From the NCBI RefSeq assembly GCF_021869535.1, contig NW_026262668.1, positions 108,438,001-108,502,000 of the forward strand: a stretch of DNA of 64,000 bases, written 5' to 3'. Each line of letters starts with the position of its first letter. Position 1 is the stretch's first letter. The position numbers were made by a program, and so were the translations under genes. Source of the DNA: Mytilus californianus. Lineage: Eukaryota. This document shows, one piece after another, positions 13,301 to 24,600 of the stretch. The notes under the pieces were generated by a model. That model made no database searches, was not told where the DNA came from, and saw only the letters and a program-made list of their open reading frames with translations.

Positions 13301-13479
13301 AGGCTTATAATTATTCTGCATTTGTTTTTAAGACTTTTGTTTTGCCTTTTTGTTGTAGGAAAGATATACGAAGTATATTAGAAGATGTCAAGAAGGAAAT
13401 AATATGTTCATTGGACAATTATGAAATTCCACAATCTGTAACGACATTGCGTTATCCCGTATTTCTAGGAAAGGTCTAA
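4322..13479 (+). CDS. Gene 1: FN3-containing pseudo-caspase (coiled-coil - FN3 - p20 - FN3 - FN3 - p10), ~770 aa
   Basis: Exons 4322-4757, 5091-5381, 6404-6688, 7516-7602, 8498-8830, 9868-10161, 11244-11555, 11987-12007, 12336-12468, 13359-13479; all GT-AG, phases consistent, no stops, 2313 nt. Caspase motifs NGFALIIAN, CFLCVVTGY..IYGIDG, KLLFVDAFK, EPDFFIA; FN3 W/Y/L..TEY motifs. Confidence 0.88.
6404..6688 (+). CDS. Gene 1 N-terminal FN3 exon (phase 1-1)
   Basis: SPSEIDVYWDP...YTLFYR...SYVIEDLKPGTIYDVKLEG is a fibronectin type III signature. Confidence 0.9.
7108..7151 (-). ncRNA. Minimal type-I hammerhead ribozyme motif inside an interspersed repeat (~7074-7329)
   Basis: Minus strand reads GCGUCA CUGAUGA GUCU-UAUGU-AGAC GAAA CGCGCG UC GGGCGU: full catalytic core, 4-bp stem II, palindromic stem III (ACGCGCGU), GUC cleavage triplet, stem I with one mismatch. 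Confidence 0.75.
7516..8830 (+). CDS. Gene 1 caspase p20 exons (7516-7602, 8498-8830), catalytic His and Cys replaced
   Basis: GFALIIANHSDFRLSHLTNLDGIQTD; QLEDFGFEV...DCFLCVVTGYMYNGYIYGIDG...KVKLLFVDAFKV. His position is Tyr (8647-8649); Cys position is Phe (8794-8796). Confidence 0.88.
7715..8345 (+). mobile_element. Degenerate Penelope-like reverse transcriptase fragment in a gene 1 intron
   Basis: Frameshifted frames give DIINMLDILIDNIFVEFDGLIFQQT...LLTDLFLY*YEAEFIQ...FKYIEDILSLNNP (YIDD-type RT motif) and FNF..VNF.FLSSN.PSAP. Confidence 0.8.
9290..9800. mobile_element. Degenerate HINE/Helentron-associated-like non-autonomous element
   Basis: T-rich end, GC-rich cggg/gtcgg tract and core pieces (tcaactcctcc...gaaacttcac) resembling the elements at 22093 and 57105. 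Confidence 0.4.
9868..11555 (+). CDS. Gene 1 linker FN3 exons (9868-10161, 11244-11555)
   Basis: LQPRAV...LEASWKRP...KLNSNTEYNLEISA and MQPRKLSVEAVSSSQIYVYWIPP...GYKV...DLKEGTEYNISV; both phase 1-1, between the p20 and p10 exons. Confidence 0.9.
10934..11194 (+). mobile_element. Full-length tRNA-derived SINE with 13-14 bp target-site duplication
   Basis: A-box TGGCCGAGTGG, B-box GAGTTCAAACC, V-domain-like core GGTTTTCTCCGGGCACTCCGGCTTCCTCCACC, (AAATC)n tail; TCAAGGTAAGGTT(G) at both 10921 and 11195. Confidence 0.88.
12336..13479 (+). CDS. Gene 1 caspase p10 exons (12336-12468, 13359-13479)
   Basis: YILEEPDFFIASAT...SSFLNTLKRHL / KDIRSILEDVKKEI...EIPQSVTTLRYPVFL*; phase-2 intron as in the other paralogs. 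Confidence 0.85.
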
Positions 13480-13787
13480 AGTTTATAACGATAAAATGGT
13501 TAAAATGGAATATATATATAAAGTAAACGCTATCTTTATATCATGAAGACTTAATATACGGGAATCATGTAGTGACAGTTCATTTATGTATACATAAACG
13601 CTTGTCATATTAAAGAAAATAAAAAAGGTAACCTTGTTTGACTCTTCTTATTTGTTCTCAACAAATGTTAATGATTGTAGCAAAAACCAACAACAAATCC
13701 CAAACAATATCGCACCAGAACTTATCTTAATGATATTGAATAATAGAAACATTCAAAATTTACGTTATAATAAAATTATAATGCTCG

Positions 13788-13870
13788 ATCGATAGATAGA
13801 TAGATAGAGAGAGAGATAGATCAATTAATAGATTGATAGATCGAGATTGACATCGAGAGAGAGAGAGAGA
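13788..13870. repeat. (GATA)n/(GA)n microsatellite
   Basis: Visible runs of gata and ga. Confidence 0.85.
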
Positions 13871-13879
13871 ATTTTCTGA

Positions 13880-14210
13880 AAGCGCGCGGTAACAAACGCT
13901 GCAAATGCTGCCTACAGATGCATCACTCATCAACATTCCACAGAAGGGCCAACGATAATAACCGTAGGATATTTTGCTATGTGACCTGCAAAAATTAATG
14001 TTATTTACATTCTAGAATGTTTTGTTTGTGGCCTCCAATAATTGATGAGTCGAAGCAGCCTTTCCACAAAACCCTCAATGGCCATAGAAGTGATATCTCT
14101 AAGAAGCCACCCCTAAGTTGGCCAGCATTTCAGACAGTCGGATCATAATCTTGATGACTGTTACTGCATTAACGTCCTAGTGATTGAACAGAACATTCAC
14201 TGGAATGGTA
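13880..14210 (+). mobile_element. Degenerate GIY-YIG endonuclease fragment of a Penelope-like element
   Basis: Frameshifted frames give NVIYILECFVCGLQ...KQPFHK.LNGHRSDI...GQHFRQSDHNLDD...VLVIEQN. Confidence 0.7.
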
Positions 14211-15039
14211 TTGTGTCAACACGATTTTAAAACAGCATCTTTGTATATTACCATCTTATATTAGTACCGTTGCGCAAATCTTAAGACTTTTATATTTTTT
14301 TTTCCTTTTCTGCGCAGTATCGCCTATTTCATACGATCCGGTACGTATTAAATTTGATGGTTGGTCCTTTTTATAGACTTCTATATATATTTATATATAA
14401 TAGTTGCAAGGCCAAATCCATAATGATGCTGAAGAGCCTTGAAACCCATGAATTCCAAACCGTTCGTCCAAATCTGGCTGTAAAAACTGTAATGTTGAGA
14501 CGGTGTCATTTTGATCTAAAAATCAGACACAGCCTTACAAAAAAAGATATTTTCTACAAGATGTGTAATTCAAAGATTTGATGTTGGAAAAAATGATCTT
14601 TTTGGTTAAGTCTTTGATTGATATTCAATTTTCCAAATCTAAGTGTAAAATGGTCATTTTAGAACAAGCACTTTCGACATGTTTTAGATCATAATTGGCA
14701 TTTCTGCACTAAAGTGTACAGATCATGTCTTATTTGTTTTTCAATAAGATTAACTTAAGTTTGGAAGTTTGAAAGATTTTTGCGATTTCAGTGGCCAATT
14801 AATGGTTCTTATAATACCTCCATGTTTTGGTAGGGAGAATATGGTCAACTTGTAAAAATAATTTCCTTTCCATACGATAAGCCAAACGTTAATCAAACCA
14901 TATTCAATTATAGTGCTTTGACTAACACGATTTTCGATCCTTGCTTTGTATGTTTTCGGTATATAAGAATTCAGGTATTTCAACATTTTAATCAGGAATC
15001 TAAAAAGTTTATACGTTGCGTTGTTTCTATTAATGCATT

Positions 15040-15698
15040 TCAGGAATTGAAATAGATAGGTCCTGTCAGTGTAGAGTATAACAAAGCCACCTGTCTGACT
15101 GTGGTGTTATCATCTGTGTTAACCATGGTATTAGCTTCTTGAAGAACAGTTGTTATATCCCTCCTTACAAGCCTGTAATAACAATTGAGACTTAAAACAT
15201 CTCACAGAGCTTGTAATTTACAATATTTTTTTCTTAAACTGATTTTTAGAAAAGTTAGCAAAAGGAACTTCACTATCATTTCTATAATATGATTACAGGA
15301 TCTAACATCCCTAAAAGTATATACAACTATAGATATACAACTTATATAAAAAATATGCTCTTCCTGCCAATAACAAATGGTTTGGTAGACATTGATCAAA
15401 ATATGTTGCTAGCCATAGAAAGTTAACACCATCTAAAATCTTACATCAGCTGGATATAATTTGACAACATCACCTCAAAAATATATAACATACCAGATAT
15501 TTCATACAGTTGTTGTAATTTTAAAATATTTAGTTCAATAGAGTTCTAGAAGAACATACCTTGGATTGTCTTCAAAGTGATGTTTGATTGCCGATAAATA
15601 CTTGGATCCTTTTTCTTGATCCAAGTAACTCCCAAACCGTGGTATCGTAGATATGCCAATTAAGAAATCTGGTTCTTTCGGAATATATGTGGATCCAG
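15040..15698 (-). CDS. Gene 2 caspase p10 exons (15698-15560, 15172-15040)
   Basis: YIPKEPDFLIGISTIPRFGSYLDQEKGSKYLSAI / DITTVLQEANTMV...QVALLYSTLTGPIYFNS*. Confidence 0.88.
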
Positions 15699-18600
15699 CT
15701 GTAAAAAAAGAAGGATTTTTGTTAGTTTTGCATCATTGAGTTAGAGAAATTTGATTGTGTGCTCAAACATTAAACAAAAAAAGAGACAAAACATACGATT
15801 GAGAGAATGAAACTCGAAGAGAGACCGACAAAATCATGAGTTCTATATCGTGCTTATAAGTGCTTATAATTTCCAAAATATAACAAAAAGGACATGAAAT
15901 TTTCTTGCAAAACTATTCTACTAACATGTCACGATTTAAACATGGAAAAGGCACTATTATATGACAAAACAAAAAAAAAACCCAAAAAAATGAAATACTT
16001 TTAAAATAGAATATGCAAAAGTAGCCCTTTTTAAACGCTTTAAAAATGAAGTAATCGTGCTTTTTTTACGACATAAAAAATACAGTTTATTATGTTGTCA
16101 AATTGAGTTCTTGTATGTAAATTCTGAAATGTTATAAACGCAAGTGAAGGCGTTTGTAAAAAAAGTATTTGCTCGATGTTTTAGAAATAAAGATAATAAA
16201 GATAAATGAAGCTAGTATAAACTTACGTGTAGACGTTCGGATTGTTGTTCTTGCAGGCTCTTTCACTTCTATTGGTATATCAAACTTCCCTTTCTTTGTA
16301 ACAACATTAACTTGTATTGTATATTCTGTATTTACATTCAAGTCCCGTAAAATACACGAAGCGTATTCAGTGTCAATCTCTTTATAGTGTCTTGCACTTT
16401 CACCCCATCGAACTTTGTATTTTGTTAATAAATGTTTGTGTTTTCCGTCTGGTGGTTTCCATCTCACGCACACTTGTGTTGGTGATATCACAAAACAATC
16501 GATTTGCTTTGGTTGCATGTTCTCTGAAATTTGCAAAATTGTATGTAATTCATAACATCTAGTTTTGTCTACTATCGTTTGAGGAAAAGAGGACAGGTTT
16601 GTGATTACGACAAATAAAACATAAACATAGTCATCAGTGACACATATATTCCATAACGATCAACCAAACATGTTGGCGTACGTAAAACTTTCGATGACAT
16701 GACTTCAACTTTACCATCTGGAACCTTTGATGAAATAGTAAGCAGTAATACTCTTTCAAAGAAATTGTATAGCCCTGCGACTCTTTTCACAAAAAATCTT
16801 ACGATTAAAATTTAACGTAAGTTATACTGAAATGTTCATGACTTACGACTTTTTTTACTCGTAAGATTTTTTTGTGAATAGAGCCCCTGGACTATCTTAT
16901 CAACTTGGATATATATATATACAACATATGCAGGCGCTGCTTACAGAAAAGGAAAGTTCACAACGGCAAAGAAATTGATCGATCAAAACCCGAGTTTGAA
17001 TAATTTAGAGACAAACCTGTTTTTGTTGTTTTGTTATGTTAGGGGTTTAGAGGGAGTTATATTAATGTTTGTTATGTTATGTAAGGGGTTTAGAGGGAGT
17101 TAGATTAATGTTTGTTTTGTTATGTTAGGGGTTTTAATAGAGGGAGCTAGATAAATAACTTTGTGTTAATCCTCGTAATAAGTAGCTGAAAAATATTCCT
17201 GAGAAAGTTTATATATTACTGCCACTGAAAGGTAAACCACAGCCAAATGGATGAAATTAGGATTCTATAATTAGTATAGAGTAAACAAAAAGGATTCTAC
17301 AACCTTATAGCGAAAAACTGTTATTGTATAGATGTCAACAAGATATAGATATATTTTACATGATAAATGATCTTTGATATACAAAATATCTTTAAAATGT
17401 ATACTTCTTTTCATTTCAAAAGAGTACAAAATAATAAATTAACAGTTTACTACTAAAATAAACTCTACATTTAAAATAAGATTTACCGTGCAACCTTCGA
17501 CCAACAGGATGTTTCAGATAGAAGTAAAGTTTAGCAAAATCAATACTGTCGTTTATAGAATAAGAATTTGACTAAACACATATGCTCATGTAATACATAA
17601 TGAACACTGAAAAGAACATTCAAATACATATTAAAACTTTTGATACAAATGCATTGTTTAATGACTCTCTCACTATGAAGCTAGCATTATTCTGTCATAT
17701 ACAGCATCGGTTTTGTAATAACTTTTTATATATACGGTCTTTGATTTTGTAGGCTGTACCATGGAGTGCAGTTGTTGGGCAAGGGTTCAATAATTTGACC
17801 ATGAGTCTAAGAGCTGTATGATATAGTATTTCGAGACATGTCGTATTGCATTTTGCATAACATACCTTTCTTTTTCGTGTGAGCAAACAATTCCACTTCA
17901 TCTCGCTGTCCATTCTTTAAGACAGCTACTACTTTTAATTTGTATTCAGTGTCTGGCAGCAAGTGATGAAGTTGTGTAAAATAGTTCAGTGTATCTGGCG
18001 ACGGACTGACTGTTATCCGTGATCCACGAAAAAATATGATATAATTTTTGATATTTTCAAAGTATTTAGGTCCAATCCATGACACATCAATGCTATATGG
18101 ATTCATTGAAACAGCATTAATATGCCTTGGCTGAAATGAATCTAAAAAAAATATATGTGCCATCAATAAAAGGAATTTTTTGTTTATGATAACTATTAAA
18201 AAAAACTAATACATAATTTAGACTAAATAAGTATGGTCCCAACACTGTCCAAGGTTCGGGGAGGGTTGGGCTCGCGCAAACATGTTTTACCCCGTCACAT
18301 TCTATATATGCCTGTCGCAAGTCAGGAGCCTGTAATTCATTGGATGTCGTTTGTTGGTATATATCATATTTGGTTTTTATTTATTGTTTTGTACATAAAT
18401 CAGACCATTAGTTTTCTCGTTTGAATTGTTTTACATTTTGCTATGCTTGCTTTGCGGTATGGATTTTTTCCCTCATTATTGAAGGTCGTACGGTGACCTA
18501 CAGTTGACTACTTCTACGTCATTTGAACTATGGTGGAGGGTTGGCTCATTCATACCACATCTTCTTACTTTAATATGGCGGTTCTTTCGTTTCTAATTTC

Positions 18601-21600
18601 ATTAGATTTGCACAACGTTGGGTTATGGAAAACCGGATTTATTCAATATTTGGTTATTAGTTCTGTGTCCAATGCAGTTCTTTTTCGGTTGTTTTTTTGT
18701 TTAGTTTTGTTTATTTGCAACTTACGTTATTAAGTGAATTTTACATGTTGCAAGATTTTCATTTAGACTTCTTATGTGAAATACATTTAAACCCCATTAT
18801 TTGACCGGGTCATTCAAATATAGTCTTTAGCGAACTTCTGCCATCAGGCAGTGTGGTTCCAATGTAGATCGTCCATTTGTAGTCCAGAATGTATGAATTC
18901 GCATCAACGACCGATCGGAACGAGAACGTTAAAACAAGTTGTTCGTGCAGGAAGAGGGTCTAAACAGTTAAACGGTTCGAGACCGCTAGAATTCTGACAT
19001 CAGAAATCATTTGCATAGTAATTTCCTAAATACATACCCTGAGAAACTGACCAATCGACACAATAAACTACAAAGCATTATGGGTTACTACGAGTTTACT
19101 ATCACTTAAAATACGTCAAAAAGTGTATTTTTTTAATTATATCTCGGAATCTCATCTTAATATCTTGTTCATCTAATGTTATAATTTTAATGTATATAAC
19201 GCAATCTAATATTTGCATGCCAGTCAGCTTTAAAAAAAAACATTGTTCACGAGTTTCAGCATTCGACGTTTTTTTTTCGTCTTGTCAAAGTAGTTAAAAA
19301 CAGGTTTTGTGTGTTGGTATGCACTGTATCTGTGCATTCATTTGACATGGAATTAATAACGAAGTGTCCAATGTTCAGTCCTTCGAACTCTTTAAAACTA
19401 GGTAAAACAATTTAAAGGATTGAGTTACGTGAATTGTATGCTCTAGGAATTTTCGTTTAAAATATTGCTATGTCTTTCTAAAAATAATACTCTTTCAAAA
19501 AGCATGGAGGATACGGCTCAAAAATCATACATGATATCAACCATTACATGCTGCAAAGTACAATGGTTTTAAAGGCAAACACTAAACTGATCTTCTCTGG
19601 TTTCGTTGACTTTTTGTCTTGACATGATATTAAAATTGGTCTCATACAGTATTTACAATATTATTTTATAAATATAGACTGAGACACCTGTCTATTGTTG
19701 AAGACTTTATGTTGTCCTGTAAAACTAGGAGTGGAAAAACAGAAATAGTGAATGAATGAAAGAAATTATATTCTCATAAACTAATTTACACAATTTCAAA
19801 GACAATAAGTTTTTACAATAGAACAGTGATAGTGCAATGTGCAGTGCATGTGGTAACACTACGACACATTTTGTCATAATATCTGAGGGCGTGCAGTCTT
19901 TAGCTATAGTTTTTATGGACAATTACCCTGTACTGAATTTTATTGACTTTTGCAATTACAGAAGTAGGTTAATCCTAGTATCTATGATGAGTTTAATAAC
20001 AAAATCCAGAAAAAAAAATTGTCCGCATTTAACGGATATTTTACAATCGCATTCCCTATTTTACGAGATAACTTAAAATTACAGGTCCCTCTTGTTTTCG
20101 AAATCTGAAAGCCAGTACAACTACTCATCTTCTGTAGTTTTTGTGTCGTTTGGTTGCTGTCTTCAAGAATGACTTTGTGTAATTATCCATAATATTAGTG
20201 GCTACTCTTTGACCCAGGTAAACAAAATAAGTGTTAAAAAAAATACATTGGCGGGAACATTAGTATCCTAAATCATGCCTACCCGTATAGATAGTGTACC
20301 TGACCTGTTAAAGAAACCTTGCGTCAACTCTCAGGCTGTTACTATCTTATTGATTATTTCTCTAATAATCGAAGATATTTTGACCCAAATGTTGCATGTT
20401 TTCAAATCAGGCTAATCCATGACTGGTTGTGAATTATTACTTGCCATTTACAACAAGAGTCACTCACAAAGCACGATATGAACACTGGAACACTGGTTTT
20501 TGTTTTTCATAAATATGTTGTTCTATCTTGATTTATTTTTAGCTCTACAGTAGTTTATGAAACAAATGCATATTAAGTTTTTGCATTTCAGCTCAAACCA
20601 CAAGTACTGAAGTTAGTTCTTAATTGCGTAAATTCGTTAAGATCACAAGAAGCAATTTGGACTAAAAAAAACAATAAATGAGGTATTGACATATCAAAGT
20701 AAGTAATTAGTAACAATTTTATGTTGCTTAAATATCCCTTGCAGATGTTGGATATTTATGGAATTATATACCTTTTTCAAATGTAGAGCACTCAATTTCT
20801 TGAGATGGTGCACCTTTGACCTCTTTCCATTTTCCCGAAAGTGATCGAAACTTCCAAAGTGGAACAACAATTATTCTATATGCTGTATTGTCCTGTAGGT
20901 CTCTAAGTATCAGAGAATTATGCTCTGTGATTTCTTCGAACCGTTCTCCTCCTCCGGATACTCTATAGTAAACAATATATCTTACTTCATCTCCCTCACC
21001 AACTTTGTGCTGAGACCAAGATAATTTAATAGAATGTGGAGCTAAAGGTGTTGCATGGATTTCAACTAAAAATAAAAATACAAATCAAATTAATCCAGAA
21101 AATCATTAGTGTTTTGGTCATGATTTTTAACCCTTATAGTTGTAAGAGGAAACACGTTTTAGATATAAGAAGATGTGGTATGAGTGCCAATGAGACAACT
21201 CTCCATCCAAGTCAAAATTTATAAAAGTAAACCATTATTTTACATGCATTCAAACTGTGTTAGAAATATAGGTTACTTACAATGTTCTTCCACTCCTTGA
21301 CAAGCATCTATTAAGACAATTTTAGGTTTATCTTGTAAACCTCTACTTTCACTAAGAGGTCGTAGCAAATCCTCTATTGTTACACTTCGTTTTCCATCAG
21401 AGCCATACAACACTCCCAGATTTCCTGAACAAGCAAACACACAGACAAATATATCATGGTAGGACTCTTGTTCGGCATAGTGTTGAACTGCTGATTTCAT
21501 TTTTGCTGCCTCTAAGTTCAGGTGAGTAGCAACTTTGAAATTTAGGTGATCCTTGAAAAGACTTTTCATGTAATCTAAAATAAATTTATATAAAATGTGA

Positions 21601-24600
21601 CAGTAAAGTTCTATATAAATATATAAAGCTGTGCTAAGCCAAATTTAAAAAAAATTATATTTACGCTAGCATTACCTGATTTTCACATTCATGAATCAAA
21701 TCAAGTCGACTAGTTTTGCTCGAATTTGACGAATAAAAAAATAAACATGGTTATATATAATTTCAGAGAATGTTCATCGTGTACTACTTTGTATATCACA
21801 GTCATGTTCACTATGGGGAAGCATTTTTCAACATTAATATCTGTTTCAGTCTCTGAATCTAATAGAAAATATTAGTCAAACATTATGATAAAATAAAACG
21901 AGTGTTCACATGACTGGACACAAGGCAACAGACGAAGCAATGTCACTTTTGTTTGTAAATAAAAAAAAATACGAATTGCTTGTACGGTATTATGATATGC
22001 GGTATGTGTTTTACTACTTGTTGGAAGGCAGAACGGTGACATATTATGGATAACATCCCCAAAATACACGTACTAAAGATGAAAACATGAACAACAAGAA
22101 TGTGCCCATAGTACACGGATGCCCCACTCGCAGTATCATTTTCTATGTTCAGTGGACCGTGAAATTGGTGTCAAAACTCTAATTTGGCACTAAAATTAGA
22201 AATATCATATCATTGGGTCCATGTGTACTAAGTTTCAAGTTGATTGGACTTCAACTTCATCAAAAACTACCTTGACCAAAAACGTTAACCTGAAGCGGGA
22301 CAGACGGACGGACGGACGGACGGACGAACGAACGAACGAACGAACGGACGGACGCACAGACCAGAAAACATAATGCCCCTACTACTATCGTAGGTGGGGC
22401 ATAAAAACAATCATTTTATTTTATGTTCATTGCTATTTCAACCAAAGATGAAGAACAAGATCTTCGTTAACTCTGCTCAACTCCATACGCACTTTACCCG
22501 CATTACGTTAAAACAACGTTGAAGGTAAATCCAGAAAAGCGCTTTAGACGCATGCAATTTATAAAGTGTTGTTTTAATTTTTAGTATTTAATTGATACTG
22601 ACGTGATTTATAACAAACCTTTCTTAAATTGTCCGTTTATAAATTAACAAATTATTAAGCAACTAAGGTGTCAACTCCCTTAGACAAAGTTGACCTTAGG
22701 TAGATTTGGCTATCATACTAAGGTCTTTTTTCATATAGCTCTTCAACTGTTTCGGTTCTTACATATCCTTGGCTTTCAATATACGGCTTTGAGCGTTCCT
22801 GATGAAGTATATCAAGAAAAGCGCTTCGAACGCAGGAAAGTTATCAATTGTTGTTTTTATTTTTTAAAGCACCGGGTCGAAACCTCTGCTGGAGGACTGT
22901 CCGTCCCCGAAAGTATCATCAGCTCAGTAGTCAGTACTTCGGTACTGACATAATTTATAACAAACCTTTCTAAACTTGTCCGTTTATAAATCAACCATGT
23001 ATTAAGAAACTAAGGTTTCAACTCCATCAGGCAAAGTTGACCTAAGATGGATTTGCCTATTATATCTACGTCCTTTTTGGTCATATAGCTCTTCAACTGT
23101 ACGTTTCTTTCGTCTTTCAAATATTAGGCTTTGAGTGTTCTTGGTGTAGTTAAATCCAGAAAAGCTACTCGGACTCATGAAATGTATATAGTGTTGTTTT
23201 CTTTTTTATCTAGTTTTATTTCAATTGTTGTTTCATTGGCATACACCGCATATCTCCATTTTCATTTTATAAACACCATAAAAAGAGATCTAAGTTAGTC
23301 TGTGCTGATATTTGTTTAGATACCACATATCGAGGTCCAGTCAAATAAAAAAAAATACATTTTACAGGTCTTACAAAAAACTAACCAGAACATACCTGCA
23401 TCTTCTTCACCTGCCGGGTTATTAAGGTTTACTATGATTAAAGCGAAACCTGCAAATAAAACACTTTGAATATAAAAGACAGGTCTTTACAAAACTTTGA
23501 ATTCTTCGAAATACTAAGGATTCTCTACCCCAGGAACAGATTACCCTAACTGTATTTGGCAAAATCTTTCGGAATGTTGGCTCCTCAATGCTCTTCAACT
23601 TAGTACTTTATTTGGCCTTTCGAACTTTTTTTTATTTGAGCGTCACTAATGAGTCTATTGTAGACGAAACACGCGACTGGCGAACAAATTTTTAAGCCTG
23701 GTATCTAGGATGAGTTTATTGCTGACGGTAGCCAATTGACCTTTCTAAACAATAAATTTGTTATTACGGATATTATTTTAGATTACATGAAAGGTTACAA
23801 TGAACTCTCTTCGTCATTTAACAGGATAACAGATTCTCTATGTTTTGGGATACTTGTTAAAATTTCCAAATCCGTTATAACGAATAAAACAACTAGTTAT
23901 AAGCACAGCACACACTTATTTTAACAATAAAAGTTGTAATAACGAATTACGAAATTTGTAAAATCGAATAAATTATTTTTAAATAGGTCTTTGATGTGCT
24001 TTGTACCTATATGTTATCCTCAATTAATTCAGATCGATGTTAGTCATTTTAGATACAAAATTTGAAGTTGAATTTTGATTGGGTATAAAATCGACAGGAT
24101 AGATGAATGAAGAATGAAAATAACACTTTATCAATTTCGTACATCCAAAGCACTTTTCTGGATTTACCTTCATCAGGAACGCTCAACACAAACATTTTAA
24201 AGAAGAAACTTTCATTTATTAAACCCGTTATATCAAAATATGTATTTGAAAAAAAGGCAGCACATATTTATTACTCTACAAATAAATGTTTATGTTGAAC
24301 ATGTGATTTTGTTTGTGAACTTACAATACCTCGTAGGAGCTTTATATAATTTATATTCATGTACAGTTAGGTCAATATCCCTAATGCGCCTCAAATTGAG
24401 GAACTATATATATAAAAACAAATTTAAAAAAAATCTGTATGTAATGATATTGTGTCAACGTATATTTGTTCTGCATAACAGAAGTTCCCCTGGTAACTTT
24501 GTTATTAACAAAGACATAATATATGTTCCTGTTGGAACAAATATTCCATATCCTTTATTCTAGTGTAAATAATATTACAGAATTTACAGAATACTTCGTC

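Noticed and set aside
18940-19060. Octamer ATTTGCAT and CCAAT motifs suggesting an intronic promoter
   Set aside because: Short motifs are expected by chance and there is no independent support.
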